Below are positions 1-9,601 of a stretch of 64,000 nt of DNA, one piece after another. The DNA lies in the NCBI GenBank assembly GCA_029100605.1, contig JAQXPK010000093.1, positions 1,851 to 65,850 on the forward strand, written 5' to 3'. Source of the stretch: Bacillota bacterium (GTDB lineage: Bacteria; Bacillota; Clostridia; Oscillospirales; Oscillospiraceae). The first letter of the stretch is position 1. Each line of letters starts with the position of its first letter. The notes under the pieces were generated by a model. The model was not told the DNA's origin and searched no databases. It was given only the letters and a program-made list of their open reading frames with translations. The translations under genes and the position numbers were made by a program.

Positions 1-1262
1 CCAAAGGCAGCGTAGAATTCCTCGTACTTCTCCCGATCGTTTTCCAGCATGGCCTTCAGTTCGGACTTGACCTTCTTCTCGATGTTCCGGGCGATGATGG
101 TCAGCTGGCGGTTGTGCTGCAGCATCTCACGGCTGATGTTCAGGGACAGATCCTGGGTATCCACAACGCCCCGGACGAAGCGGAAGTGTTCCGGCAGCAG
201 ATCTTCGCAGTTGTCCATAATCAGCACACCGCTGCTGTACAGCTGCAGTCCCCGCTTGAAGTCCTTGCTGTAGAAGTCGAAGGGCGCCTTGCTGGGGATG
301 TACAGCAGTGCCTTGAAGGAGACGTTGCCTTCCACATTGTAGTGGATGGTGCGCAGGGGCTTGTTGTAGTCGTAGAACTTGTCCCGATAGAAGGCCTCAT
401 ACTCCTCCTCGGTCACGTCCTTCTTGTCCCGCTGCCAGATGGGCACCATGGAGTTCAGGGTCTCCATCTCGGTGTACTCTTCGTACTTGGGCTCCTTAGG
501 AGCCTTCTCTTTCTCAGAGGCTTTCTCCTCAGACTCGCTGTCCTCGGTCTTGGCTTCCTCGGTCTGCTCTTCCTCTGCATTATCTTCCTCGGTGTCTTCG
601 TCCTCCGGCTCCTCCACCTGGCGGGACTTGGTAACCTCCATCTTGATGGGGTAGCGGATATAGTCGGAATACTTACGAACCAGGTTCCGGATCTCGTACT
701 CCTCCAGATACTCGGAGTATTTCTCATCCTCGGTATCGGCCTTCAGGGTCATAATCACGTCGGTGCCGGGGCCGTCCTTTTCCGTCTCCTCGATGGTATA
801 ACCGTCCGCGCCGTCGGAGACCCATTTCCAGGCCTTGTCCTCGCCGTACTTCTTAGAAATGACGGTGATGGAGGAAGCCACCATGAAGGCGGAGTAGAAG
901 CCCACGCCGAACTGACCGATGATGTCGATGTCCTCGTTTTTCTCCATGGCCTGCTTGAAGCCCAGGGAGCCGGACTTGGCGATGGTACCCAAATTCTCGA
1001 TCATCTCGTCCTTGGACATACCGATGCCGTTATCTGAGACGGTAAGGGTACGGTTCTCGGGATCCCGGGTGATGGTGATGGCGAATTCGTCCCGGTTGAT
1101 GCCCACCTTGTCGTCGGTCAGGGCAGTATAGGCCAGCTTATCGATGGCATCGGAGGCGTTGGAGATAATTTCCCGGAGGAAGATCTCCCGGTGGGTGTAG
1201 ATGGAGTTGATCATCAGATCCAGAAGGCGCTGAGACTCCGCTTTGAATTGCTGTTTTTCCAT
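1..1262 (-). CDS. htpG: Molecular chaperone HtpG (Hsp90), 3' part outside window
   Basis: Manual translation from ATG at 1262: [43 protein letters not shown]...DNGIGM...[12 protein letters not shown]; open to the window edge, so absent from the ORF track. Confidence 0.97.
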   Translation of the reverse strand, partial: MEKQQFKAESQRLLDLMINSIYTHREIFLREIISNASDAIDKLAYTALTDDKVGINRDEFAITITRDPENRTLTVSDNGIGMSKDEMIENLGTIAKSGSLGFKQAMEKNEDIDIIGQFGVGFYSAFMVASSITVISKKYGEDKAWKWVSDGADGYTIEETEKDGPGTDVIMTLKADTEDEKYSEYLEEYEIRNLVRKYSDYIRYPIKMEVTKSRQVEEPEDEDTEEDNAEEEQTEEAKTEDSESEEKASEKEKAPKEPKYEEYTEMETLNSMVPIWQRDKKDVTEEEYEAFYRDKFYDYNKPLRTIHYNVEGNVSFKALLYIPSKAPFDFYSKDFKRGLQLYSSGVLIMDNCEDLLPEHFRFVRGVVDTQDLSLNISREMLQHNRQLTIIARNIEKKVKSELKAMLENDREKYEEFYAAF

Positions 1263-1288
1263 AGTACATGACACATCCTTGTTTCTGT

Positions 1289-1315
1289 TTAGCACTCTAA
1301 GTGACTGAGTGCCAA
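1289..1315. promoter_or_regulatory. CIRCE operator (HrcA binding site) upstream of htpG
   Basis: TTAGCACTC-taagtgact-GAGTGCCAA, 1 mismatch to TTAGCACTC-N9-GAGTGCTAA, between the -10 (TATAAT on minus, 1317-1322) and the htpG start. Confidence 0.95.
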
Positions 1316-1548
1316 CATTATAGCGCACCTGTCAGAAAAAGCAAGGGCTTTCAAAAATTGTTCTTGATTTATTCATAAATTCAACGCGAAAGTTTCACCG
1401 ATCGCCCACAGCTTCCACGCAAGGGTGTCTCCCATCCTGCCGCAAAAATGTCAACTCTGCCATTGATTATTTTGGAATTTGTGGTATTATTAAAATGTAT
1501 AGTTATGTGCAAAGCACGCTGAAATGAAAAAGGGTTAAGGAGTAAGAA

Positions 1549-3156
1549 ATGATTACAGTAAGCAACCTCGGTATGCAGTTCGGCGGTCAATGGCTGTTCC
1601 AGCACGTGGATCTACAGTTTCTCCCCGGCAACTGCTATGGCATTATCGGCGCCAACGGCGCGGGCAAGTCCACCTTCCTGCGCATCCTCACAGGGGAGCT
1701 GGACTCCACCACTGGCTCCGTTACCGTCGATCCCACCAAGCGGGTGTCCGTTCTGAAGCAGAATCAGAACGCTTACGACGACCACACCGTCATGGACACC
1801 GTCATCATGGGCAACCAGCACCTGTACGACGTGATGAAGGAAAAGGACGCCATTTACGAAAAGCCGGACTTCTCCGACGAGGACGGCCTCCGGGCGGCAG
1901 ACCTGGAGGCGGAGTTCGCCGAACTTGGCGGCTGGGAAGCGGAATCCGACGCCTCCCGCCTGCTCCAGGGTCTGGGCATCGGAACGGAGCTGCACTCCGA
2001 TCTGATGGCCACCGTCGACCCCCGACTGAAGGTGAAGGTTCTGCTGGCTCAAGCGCTGTTCGGCAATCCCGACATCGTCATGCTGGACGAGCCCACCAAC
2101 AACCTGGACATCGAGGCCATCAACTGGCTGGAGGACTTCCTGCTGGATTTCCCCGGCATGGTCATTGCGGTGAGCCACGACCGTCACTTCCTGAACACCG
2201 TGTGCACCCACACCGTGGACATCGACTACGGCAAGATCAAAATGTACGTGGGCAACTACGACTTCTGGTACGAATCGTCCCAGATGGTGCAGGCCATGAT
2301 GCGCAATAAGAACAAGCGAAACCAGGAGAAGATCGAAGAGCTGCAGCTGTTCATCCAGCGCTTCTCCGCCAACAAGGCCAAGGCCAAGCAGGCAACCGCC
2401 CGCCGGAAACTCCTGGACAAGCTGACCGTGGAGGAAATGCCCTGCTCCACCCGGCGCTATCCCTTCGTGGGCTTCCAGCCGGAGCGGGAACTGGGCAAGG
2501 ACGTGCTTACCGTCAAGGACGTGTCCGTCACCGTGGACGGGGCGAAGCTGCTGGACAAGGTGTACTTCTCGGTCAACCGAACGGATAAGATCGCTTTTGT
2601 GGGCGAAAACGAGCTTGCCCAAACCGCCCTGTTCAAAATCCTCATGGGCGAGCTGGAGCCGGACGAGGGCAGCGTCAAGTGGGGCGTATCCACCATCCGC
2701 AGCTACCTGCCCAAGGACAATTCCCCCTATTTTGAGGGCAATGAAATGGAACTGGTGGACTGGCTGCGGCAATACTCGGCGAAAAAGGACGATGTGTACC
2801 TCCGGGGCTTTCTGGGGCGGATGCTGTTCTCCAATGAGGATGTGTTCAAGCCGGTAAACGTCCTGTCCGGCGGCGAAAAGGTGCGGTGTATGCTGAGCCG
2901 TATGATGCTCTCCGGCGCCAACGTAATCCTGTTGGATCAGCCCACGAACCACCTGGACATGGAGTCCATTCAGGCGGTGAACAAGGGTCTGGAGGCCTTC
3001 CCGGGCGTGGTGCTGCTGGCCTCCCACGACCACGAAATGCTGACCTCCACTTGTAACCGGGTCATCGCCTTCCAGCCGGACGGCACCATCATCGACAAGT
3101 ACGGCACCTACGACGACTACCTCGCCTGGATGGCAGAGCGGAAAGCAAACACCTAA
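1549..3156 (+). CDS. ABC-F family ribosome-associated ATPase (YbiT/YkpA-like)
   Basis: Two NBDs (GANGAGKST, LDEPTNNLD; LSGGE, LDQPTNHLD) joined by a helical linker (FIQRFSANKAKAKQATAR); no TM segments. Confidence 0.93.
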   Translation: MITVSNLGMQFGGQWLFQHVDLQFLPGNCYGIIGANGAGKSTFLRILTGELDSTTGSVTVDPTKRVSVLKQNQNAYDDHTVMDTVIMGNQHLYDVMKEKDAIYEKPDFSDEDGLRAADLEAEFAELGGWEAESDASRLLQGLGIGTELHSDLMATVDPRLKVKVLLAQALFGNPDIVMLDEPTNNLDIEAINWLEDFLLDFPGMVIAVSHDRHFLNTVCTHTVDIDYGKIKMYVGNYDFWYESSQMVQAMMRNKNKRNQEKIEELQLFIQRFSANKAKAKQATARRKLLDKLTVEEMPCSTRRYPFVGFQPERELGKDVLTVKDVSVTVDGAKLLDKVYFSVNRTDKIAFVGENELAQTALFKILMGELEPDEGSVKWGVSTIRSYLPKDNSPYFEGNEMELVDWLRQYSAKKDDVYLRGFLGRMLFSNEDVFKPVNVLSGGEKVRCMLSRMMLSGANVILLDQPTNHLDMESIQAVNKGLEAFPGVVLLASHDHEMLTSTCNRVIAFQPDGTIIDKYGTYDDYLAWMAERKANT

Positions 3157-3173
3157 GCCAACAGGGAGAAGAG

Positions 3174-3288
3174 ACAAGATACAAGATACAAGATACGAGA
3201 TACAAGATATTGGGGTAGTATCTCATAAAAATGTATCTTCTATCTCGTATCTCCTATCTTGTATCTCCTATCTTGTATCTTCCATCTT
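3174..3288. repeat. Heptamer-arm inverted repeat: (ACAAGAT)x5 ... (ATCTYST)x7+
   Basis: Five ACA/GAGAT units at 3174-3208; seven-plus complementary ATCT(T/C)(G/C)T units at 3235-3288. Confidence 0.9.
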
Positions 3289-3308
3289 AAATCATTGTGG
3301 AGTTTATT

Positions 3309-5060
3309 ATGAAGAAAATTCTTGACATGATCACGGAAAAAATGGGTCAGGCCTTTGTCGAAGCAGGCTACGACGCCGCCTTTGGGCGGGTGACGGTTTC
3401 CAACCGGCCTGATCTGTGCGAATACCAGTGCAACGGCGCGCTGGCTGCCGCCAAGCAGTACCATTGCGCTCCCATTCAGATTGCCAAAGCGGTGGTAGAA
3501 AAGCTGGACGCCGCCGACTATTCCCTGGTGGAGGCCGTCATGCCCGGCTTCATCAATCTGAAGCTCTCCGGGACATTTTTGCAGGCCTATCTGGAGCAGA
3601 TGCGCACTGCGCCCGACTTCGGAGTGGAAAAGCCCGGCGCGGGAAAAACCATCGTGGTGGACTATGGCGGCGCAAACGTGGCAAAGCCCCTGCACATTGG
3701 GCATCTGCGCCCCGCCATCATCGGCGAGGCGTTGAAGCGGCTGTATCGGTTCATGGGCTACAACGCCATCGGCGACGTACACCTGGGGGATTGGGGCCTT
3801 CAGATGGGCCTGATCATTGTGGAGCTTCAGGATCGGCAGCCGGGGCTTGTCTACTTTGACCCCAATTTCACCGGGGAGTACCCAGCGGAAGCCCCCTTCA
3901 CCCTGTCCGATCTGGAGGAGCTTTATCCCGCCGCCTCCGCCCGGAAGAAGGTGGACGAGGCCTTCGCGGAGCGTGCCCATACCGCGACCTTTGAATTGCA
4001 GCAGGGACGCCGGGGCTACCGTGCCATCTGGCAGCACATTATGAACGTATCCCTGCCCGACCTGCGGCGGATCTACGACAGTCTGGACGTGCACTTTGAG
4101 AAGTGGCTGGGGGAAAGCGACGCTGACCCCTACATTCCCGCCATGGTTGCGGATATGAAGGAAAAAGGCTATGCCGTGCCCTCTGAGGGTGCATGGGTCA
4201 TTCCCGTGGCGGAGGAGACGGACAAGAAGGAGGTGCCCCCCTGCATTCTCGTCAAGTCCGACGGCTCCGCCATCTACGCCACCACCGACCTGGCAACCAT
4301 GGTTCAGCGGATGCAGGACTGGCACCCGGACAAGATTCTCTACGTCACCGACAAGCGGCAGGCGCTGCACTTTGAGCAGGTGTTCCGCGCCGCCCGGAAG
4401 TGCGGCATTGTCCCCGCTACCACTGAGCTGGAGCACGTGGGGCACGGCACCATGAATGGTAAGGACGGCAAGCCCTTCAAAACCCGGGACGGCGGCGTTC
4501 TCCGCCTGGAAACCCTCATTGCCGACATGACCGCCTTTGTTCGGGCCAAGGTAGTGGAAAACAAGATTGTGGACGAAAGCGAAGTGGAGGATACCACAGC
4601 GAAAATCGCTCTCGCCGCCCTGAAATACGGCGACTTAAGCAACCAGCCCACCAAGGACTACAACTTTGACCTGGAGCGCTTCGCCGCCTTCGAGGGCAAT
4701 ACCGGCCCCTATATTCTCTATACCATCGTCCGGGTCAAGTCCATTCTGGCGAAGTATGGTGCCTGGGAGCAGCTGCCCATCCAACCGCCGGTGAACGACT
4801 GCGGCAAGGATCTGATGAACGTCATCACCCGTCTGCAGCCCACTTTGGAGTCCGCCCTCGCCGCCTCCGCCCCCAACCTGATCTGCGCCTACATCTATGA
4901 GCTGGCGGGCGCGGTGAACAGGTTCTACCATGAAACCCCCGTCCTCAAGGAACCAGACGAAACCCGCAAAGCCGGTCACATCGCCCTGTTGGGTCTTGCC
5001 AAAAATATTCTGGAAAAGAGCATCCACATTCTGGGCTTCTCCGCACCGGAGAAAATGTAA
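3309..5060 (+). CDS. argS: Arginine--tRNA ligase
   Basis: DYGGANVAKPLHIGHLR (HIGH), GDWGLQMG, KPFKTR, FEGNTGPYILY; ATG at 3309 with GGAG RBS. Confidence 0.97.
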   Translation: MKKILDMITEKMGQAFVEAGYDAAFGRVTVSNRPDLCEYQCNGALAAAKQYHCAPIQIAKAVVEKLDAADYSLVEAVMPGFINLKLSGTFLQAYLEQMRTAPDFGVEKPGAGKTIVVDYGGANVAKPLHIGHLRPAIIGEALKRLYRFMGYNAIGDVHLGDWGLQMGLIIVELQDRQPGLVYFDPNFTGEYPAEAPFTLSDLEELYPAASARKKVDEAFAERAHTATFELQQGRRGYRAIWQHIMNVSLPDLRRIYDSLDVHFEKWLGESDADPYIPAMVADMKEKGYAVPSEGAWVIPVAEETDKKEVPPCILVKSDGSAIYATTDLATMVQRMQDWHPDKILYVTDKRQALHFEQVFRAARKCGIVPATTELEHVGHGTMNGKDGKPFKTRDGGVLRLETLIADMTAFVRAKVVENKIVDESEVEDTTAKIALAALKYGDLSNQPTKDYNFDLERFAAFEGNTGPYILYTIVRVKSILAKYGAWEQLPIQPPVNDCGKDLMNVITRLQPTLESALAASAPNLICAYIYELAGAVNRFYHETPVLKEPDETRKAGHIALLGLAKNILEKSIHILGFSAPEKM

Positions 5061-5066
5061 ATTTCC

Positions 5067-5096
5067 GCCCCGCGACCATCGGTTGCGGGGCTTTCC
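5067..5096 (+). terminator. Probable intrinsic terminator of argS
   Basis: GCCCCGCGACC-atc-GGTTGCGGGGC then TTTCC. Confidence 0.65.
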
Positions 5097-5120
5097 GTTT
5101 CAGTAATACGGAAAATATGC

Positions 5121-5151
5121 AAAAACCGCTCTGGTTTCCCAGAGCGGTTTT
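5121..5151 (-). terminator. Intrinsic terminator of rpsU (possibly bidirectional)
   Basis: AAAAACCGCTCTGG-tttc-CCAGAGCGGTTTT. Confidence 0.75.
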
Positions 5152-5169
5152 GAGCGTTTTCAAGAGGGA

Positions 5170-5352
5170 TTAGTAGAACTTTCTCTTGTTCTTACGGGCA
5201 GCTTCAGACTTCTGCTTCCGCTTCAGGCTGGGGCTGACGTAATGCTCGCGCTTCTTCACTTCGGCGATAACGCCCTCCTTGGCACAGCTGCGCTTAAAAC
5301 GACGCAGAGCGCTCTCCAGAGACTCGTTCTCCTTGACGCGAATTTCAGACAT
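5170..5352 (-). CDS. rpsU: 30S ribosomal protein S21
   Basis: [46 protein letters not shown]; RBS GGAGGG. Confidence 0.97.
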   Translation of the reverse strand: MSEIRVKENESLESALRRFKRSCAKEGVIAEVKKREHYVSPSLKRKQKSEAARKNKRKFY

Positions 5353-5420
5353 TGTTTTCCCTCCCTCCGATGGCATCCGGCTCGATCCAGGATGCTTTCA
5401 GGGCCATACCGGCTTGATAC

Positions 5421-5449
5421 ATTATACCGGCTCTTTCCCGAATTGTCAA
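5421..5449 (-). promoter_or_regulatory. Sigma-A promoter of rpsU
   Basis: TTGACA-17 nt-TATAAT, perfect consensus on minus strand. Confidence 0.85.
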
Positions 5450-5473
5450 GAAAGATTTCGCAAATATTACAAA

Positions 5474-7897
5474 TTATTTCACGATCAGATTGACCAGCTT
5501 GTTCTTAACCACAATGGTCTTTACAATCTGTCCACCCAGCTTCTGAAGGAATTTGGCAATTTTCTCGTCCGCCACAGCGTTGGCAACCACTTCCTCGTCA
5601 GTCAGGTCTGCGTCCATCAGAACGGTGCCTCGCATCTTGCCGTTGACCTGCACCGCGATGTTGACCTCGGAATCCTTGCACTTTTCCTCGTCGTACTCCG
5701 GCCAGCTTTCATAGGCGATGGTATCATCATGACCCAAAATCTGCCACATCTCCTCGCCCACGTGGGGGGTGATGCAGGAGAGCATCTTAATGAAGCCCTC
5801 GGCATAGGCCTTGGGGCAGGTGCCGTTTTTGTATACCTCGTTCACAAAGACCATCATCTGGGCAATGGCGGTGTTAAAGGCCAGAGCCTCAAAGTCGTTT
5901 GTCACCTTTTTCACAGTCTGATGGTAGACCTTGGTGAGCTTGCCGTCGTCGGTATCGGTGATGTTCTTTGCCTCGGTGAAGAAGTTCCACACACGGTTGA
6001 TGAACTTTTTCGCGCCGATAACGCCGGTGGTGCTCCAGGGCTTGGAAACCTCCAGCGGACCCATGAACATCTCATACAGCCGCAGGGTGTCCGCGCCGTA
6101 GTCCCGCACAATATCGCTGGGGTTGACCACGAACTCGGGGTACCGCTTGCCCATCTTGATGCCGTTCTCGCCCAGAATCATGCCCTGATGCACCAGCTTC
6201 TGAAACGGCTCCTTCACGGGAGACAGACCCTGATCGTAGAGGAAGCGGTTCCAGATCCGGGCGTACATCAGATGTCCCACCGCGTGCTCCGGGCCGCCCA
6301 CGTACAGGTCAACAGGCATCCAGTGCTTCAGCAGCACAGGATCACAGAATTCCTTGTCGTTTTGGGGGTCGATATAGCGCATATAGTACCAGGAGGAACC
6401 GGCGCTGCCCGGCATGGTGGATGTCTCCCGAACGCCGTGGATGCCATTATGGTCATACTGCTTCCACTCGGTGGCGTTCTCCAGCGGTGCCTGGCCGTTT
6501 TTGCCCTTATAGTCCTCCAGCTCCGGCAGAACCACAGGCAGCTCCTCATCCGGCAGGAACACCGTCTTGCCGTCGTCGGTATACACGCAGGGCACCGGCT
6601 CGCCCCAGTATCTCTGGCGGGCGAAAATCCACTCACGGAAGTGGTAGTTGACCTTTCTTCTGGCCACGCCCATCTTTTCCAGCTTGCAGGTGATGGCCTC
6701 CTTGGCCTCCTCCACCGTCAGGCCGGTGAACTCCTCGGAGTTGATGAGCTTACAGCCCTTGCCCAGATAATCCTGCTTTTCAAAGGCGTGCTGGGACACG
6801 TCCGCCCCATCGATGACCTGGATCATGGGAATCCCATGCACCTGGGCGTACTCGAAGTCGCGCTGATCGTGGCTGGGCACCGCCATGACGGCGCCGGTGC
6901 CGTAGCTTGCCAGCACGAAATCGCCGATGAACACCGGCACTTCCCGGCCGTTGACAGGGTTGATGGCATACACGCCCTCCAGGCGGCATCCGGACTTACC
7001 CTTGTTCAGCTCGGTGCGATCCATGTCGCTCTTCTTCACGGTTTCGTCGATGTACGCCTGGACTTCTTCCCTGTTCTGCACCCGATCCATCAGGCTCTGG
7101 ACGATCTTACCGTCCGGTGCCAGCACCATGAAGGTGATGCCGTATATCGTCTCGATGCAGGTAGTGTAGATGGAGAATTCGCCGCCGCCCACCAGCTTAA
7201 AGTCCACTTCCACGCCGGTGGACTTGCCGATCCAGTTGCGCTGAATCTCCTTGGTGGATTCCGGCCAGTCGATCTCGTTTAAGCCCTCCAGCAGCTTTTC
7301 GGCGAAGGCAGGCTGGTCGATGACCCACTGCATCATGTTCTTCTTCACCACGGGATAGCCGCCCCGCTCGGACTTGCCGTCGATGACCTCGTCGTTAGAA
7401 AGCACGGTGCCCAGCTCCTCGCACCAGTTCACCGGCATTTCAATCCGCTTGGCGTAGCCCGCCTCGTAGAGCTTCTTGAAAATCCACTGCGTCCACTTGT
7501 AGAAGGACGGGTCGGAGGTTGCGATCATCTTCGACCAGTCGTAGTCAAAGCCCAGCTCCTTCAGCTGCTTGGAGAAGGTCTCAATATTCTTCTGGGTGAA
7601 GCCGTTGGGGTGATGACCGGTGGTGACGGCGTACTGCTCCGCCGGCAGGCCGAAGGAATCGTAGCCCATGGGATGCAGAACGTTGTAGCCCTGCATCCGC
7701 TTCATCCGGGAAACGATGTCCGTCGCCGTATAGCCCTCGGGATGACCCGCGTGCAGACCCACGCCGGAGGGATAGGGGAACATATCCAGCACATAGTACT
7801 TGGGTTTGGAAAAATCCCAGACATCCGTGTGGAAGGTATCATGCTCTTCCCAGTATTTCTGCCACTTTTTTTCAATCTTTGCAAAATCGTAGTTCAC
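5474..7897 (-). CDS. leuS: Leucine--tRNA ligase
   Basis: LDMFPYPSGVGLHAGH, editing-domain GTGAVMAVPSHDQRD, RQRYWGEP, KMGKR at the KMSKS position; GTG start. Confidence 0.97.
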   Translation of the reverse strand: MNYDFAKIEKKWQKYWEEHDTFHTDVWDFSKPKYYVLDMFPYPSGVGLHAGHPEGYTATDIVSRMKRMQGYNVLHPMGYDSFGLPAEQYAVTTGHHPNGFTQKNIETFSKQLKELGFDYDWSKMIATSDPSFYKWTQWIFKKLYEAGYAKRIEMPVNWCEELGTVLSNDEVIDGKSERGGYPVVKKNMMQWVIDQPAFAEKLLEGLNEIDWPESTKEIQRNWIGKSTGVEVDFKLVGGGEFSIYTTCIETIYGITFMVLAPDGKIVQSLMDRVQNREEVQAYIDETVKKSDMDRTELNKGKSGCRLEGVYAINPVNGREVPVFIGDFVLASYGTGAVMAVPSHDQRDFEYAQVHGIPMIQVIDGADVSQHAFEKQDYLGKGCKLINSEEFTGLTVEEAKEAITCKLEKMGVARRKVNYHFREWIFARQRYWGEPVPCVYTDDGKTVFLPDEELPVVLPELEDYKGKNGQAPLENATEWKQYDHNGIHGVRETSTMPGSAGSSWYYMRYIDPQNDKEFCDPVLLKHWMPVDLYVGGPEHAVGHLMYARIWNRFLYDQGLSPVKEPFQKLVHQGMILGENGIKMGKRYPEFVVNPSDIVRDYGADTLRLYEMFMGPLEVSKPWSTTGVIGAKKFINRVWNFFTEAKNITDTDDGKLTKVYHQTVKKVTNDFEALAFNTAIAQMMVFVNEVYKNGTCPKAYAEGFIKMLSCITPHVGEEMWQILGHDDTIAYESWPEYDEEKCKDSEVNIAVQVNGKMRGTVLMDADLTDEEVVANAVADEKIAKFLQKLGGQIVKTIVVKNKLVNLIVK

Positions 7898-7928
7898 GGG
7901 AATCCACCTCTTCCAAAAAGCAATCGAG

Positions 7929-8291
7929 TTACTCCTCGATCAAAATATCCTTCAGATCCACCTGCTCGGCGTCCGCCCACAGTCGCTCCAGGTCATAGAA
8001 CTGCCGGGCTTCCTCGGTAAACACATGGACAACGATGCTGCCGTAGTCCAGCAGCTCCCAGGCGTTGCCGTGGTGTCCCTCCCGGCTCAGCATCGGTTCC
8101 CCCAGCTGATCCAGGGTATACTCAGCATAGTCGCACAGGGTCTTGACATGGGTGCTGGAGGTGCCGGTGCAGATTAGAAAATAATCTGCCAGAGAGCTGA
8201 CACGATCAATCTTCAGCAGCTTGATATTCTGCCCCTTCTTGGCGTCCAGAGCCTTGGTCACCGCATAGGCAATTTCTTTTGGGGTTAACAT
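7929..8291 (-). CDS. rsfS: Ribosome silencing factor RsfS
   Basis: LDAKKG..DYFLICTGTS..HV..WELLDYGSIVVHVF..RQFYDLERLW. Confidence 0.95.
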   Translation of the reverse strand: MLTPKEIAYAVTKALDAKKGQNIKLLKIDRVSSLADYFLICTGTSSTHVKTLCDYAEYTLDQLGEPMLSREGHHGNAWELLDYGSIVVHVFTEEARQFYDLERLWADAEQVDLKDILIEE

Positions 8292-8304
8292 AATCTCTTC
8301 CTTT

Positions 8305-9492
8305 CTACGGTTCTTGGTTCAGCCAGGCCAGCGCCTCCCGGGATTCGGGGGATACTTCATTCCCCTGATCCTTCAGGTGCTCCAGGGTCATCTCCAGCCC
8401 CAGCTTCAGCGCCGCCGTCAGGTCGGTAAAGGCCAGCTTACGCAGCTTCTCCACCCCTGGGAAGCTCCGGTTCGGCTCCATATAGTCTGCCACATAAAGG
8501 ATGGTTTCAAGCACGTTCATATTCGCCTTTCCCGTGGTGTGGCAGCAAATTGCGGAAACAACCGCTTCATTTTCCCCAAAAATCCGCTCCGCCACCAGAG
8601 AACCGGTGAGAGCATGGAGGGTTCTGGGGTATTTCCTCGAAAACGCATTTAATACTTTACCATATTCGCTGCAAACTGTCAACTGCAGAGGCCCGTCCAG
8701 CGCCTTGGTAATGTCGTGGAGCAGCCCCGCCCGGGCGGCGTCGGTCACGTCCGCACCCCAACGCTGCGCCAACGCCACCGCCGTATCCCGGCAGCCCAGA
8801 ACGTGGGCAACCCGGTTGGAGTTCAGCAGCCGGATCACCACCTGTTCCAATTCGTCCATGGTCAGATGCTTCCAGTCGGCGTTCACATCGTACAGGCTGT
8901 TTGCCCGAATGTAGTCCCCCACGCCCTTGGGCAGGAAGGGATCGGCACAGTGGAAAGCCAGCAGCCGCCGCAGTTGGGTGGAAGAAATGTCGATGACCTC
9001 ATTTTGCACCAGGGTGATCTTCCCGCCCACGGCTTCCAGCTGGGCTTTCTTTGCGGCGACTGCGGCAGTCTCCCCCCTTCCGCCCCGGGAGAACACGGCA
9101 AGGCTGGCCTGCTTCAGAATTTTCTCGGGGTTTTTCCACCGGTCGAAGCACAGCAGCATATCGCTGCCCATGAGCAGCACCAGCTCGGCATCCGGAAAAC
9201 GCTTTTTCAGCTCGTCCACGGTTTCCCAGGTATAGCTGGTGCCCTCCCGGTTCAGCTCCATGTCCGAGACCTCCAGCCCGGGGCAGTCCGCCCCGGCAAT
9301 GCGCAGCATATCCAGCCGCTGCCTGGCCGTGGGGGAATGCTCCGGCAGCGTTTTATGGGGCGCCACGCCGGCTGGAATCAGGATGAGCCTGTCCAGTCCC
9401 AGCGCGGGAATCGCCTGCTTCGCCGCCTGAATATGACCGATGTGGGGCGGATTAAAAGTTCCGCCGTAAATGCCGATTCGTTCCATTTGCAC
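8305..9492 (-). CDS. nadD: Fused nicotinate-nucleotide adenylyltransferase NadD / YqeK HD-domain Ap4A hydrolase
   Basis: N-half GIYGGTFNPPHIGH, SYT, ISST; C-half RVAHVLG..LLHDITK..HTTG..VADYMEP; start 9492 (GTG) or 9486 (ATG). Confidence 0.92.
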   Translation of the reverse strand: MQMERIGIYGGTFNPPHIGHIQAAKQAIPALGLDRLILIPAGVAPHKTLPEHSPTARQRLDMLRIAGADCPGLEVSDMELNREGTSYTWETVDELKKRFPDAELVLLMGSDMLLCFDRWKNPEKILKQASLAVFSRGGRGETAAVAAKKAQLEAVGGKITLVQNEVIDISSTQLRRLLAFHCADPFLPKGVGDYIRANSLYDVNADWKHLTMDELEQVVIRLLNSNRVAHVLGCRDTAVALAQRWGADVTDAARAGLLHDITKALDGPLQLTVCSEYGKVLNAFSRKYPRTLHALTGSLVAERIFGENEAVVSAICCHTTGKANMNVLETILYVADYMEPNRSFPGVEKLRKLAFTDLTAALKLGLEMTLEHLKDQGNEVSPESREALAWLNQEP

Positions 9493-9506
9493 CGCTCCTC
9501 TTTCAT

Positions 9507-9597
9507 AATTGACAGTTGGCAGTGGACAATTGTCAATTATTCTCTTTTATAAATCGATGCTGCGAAATGCGTCCGCACGCGGCATCAACTGTCAATT
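9507..9597. repeat. Heptamer-arm inverted repeat: (ARTKGNC)x4 ... (RTCAAYT)x2 with internal hairpin
   Basis: AATTGAC AGTTGGC AGTGGAC AATTGTC at 9507-9534; ATCAACT GTCAATT at 9584-9597; internal stem GATGCTGCG/CGCGGCATC. Confidence 0.75.
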
Positions 9598-9601
9598 GAG
9601 C

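Noticed and set aside
114-1037. 307-aa plus-strand ORF, and the 63098-63925 minus-strand ORF
   Set aside because: Shadows of htpG and nifJ, which the ORF track misses because they run off the window
3174-3288. Possible CRISPR array
   Set aside because: Units are 7 nt with no spacers, and no cas genes are present
5362-5415. Hairpin GCATCCGG/CCAGGATGC in the rpsU leader as an autoregulatory element
   Set aside because: A single short stem with no comparative evidence available here
5279-7282. Long plus-strand ORFs (also 13614-15206, 36223-38700, 43464-45854, 50014-51660) and minus-strand ORFs such as 1612-3177 and 57125-58363
   Set aside because: Antisense shadows of well-supported genes, expected from GC-rich codon bias; no RBS or recognisable motifs
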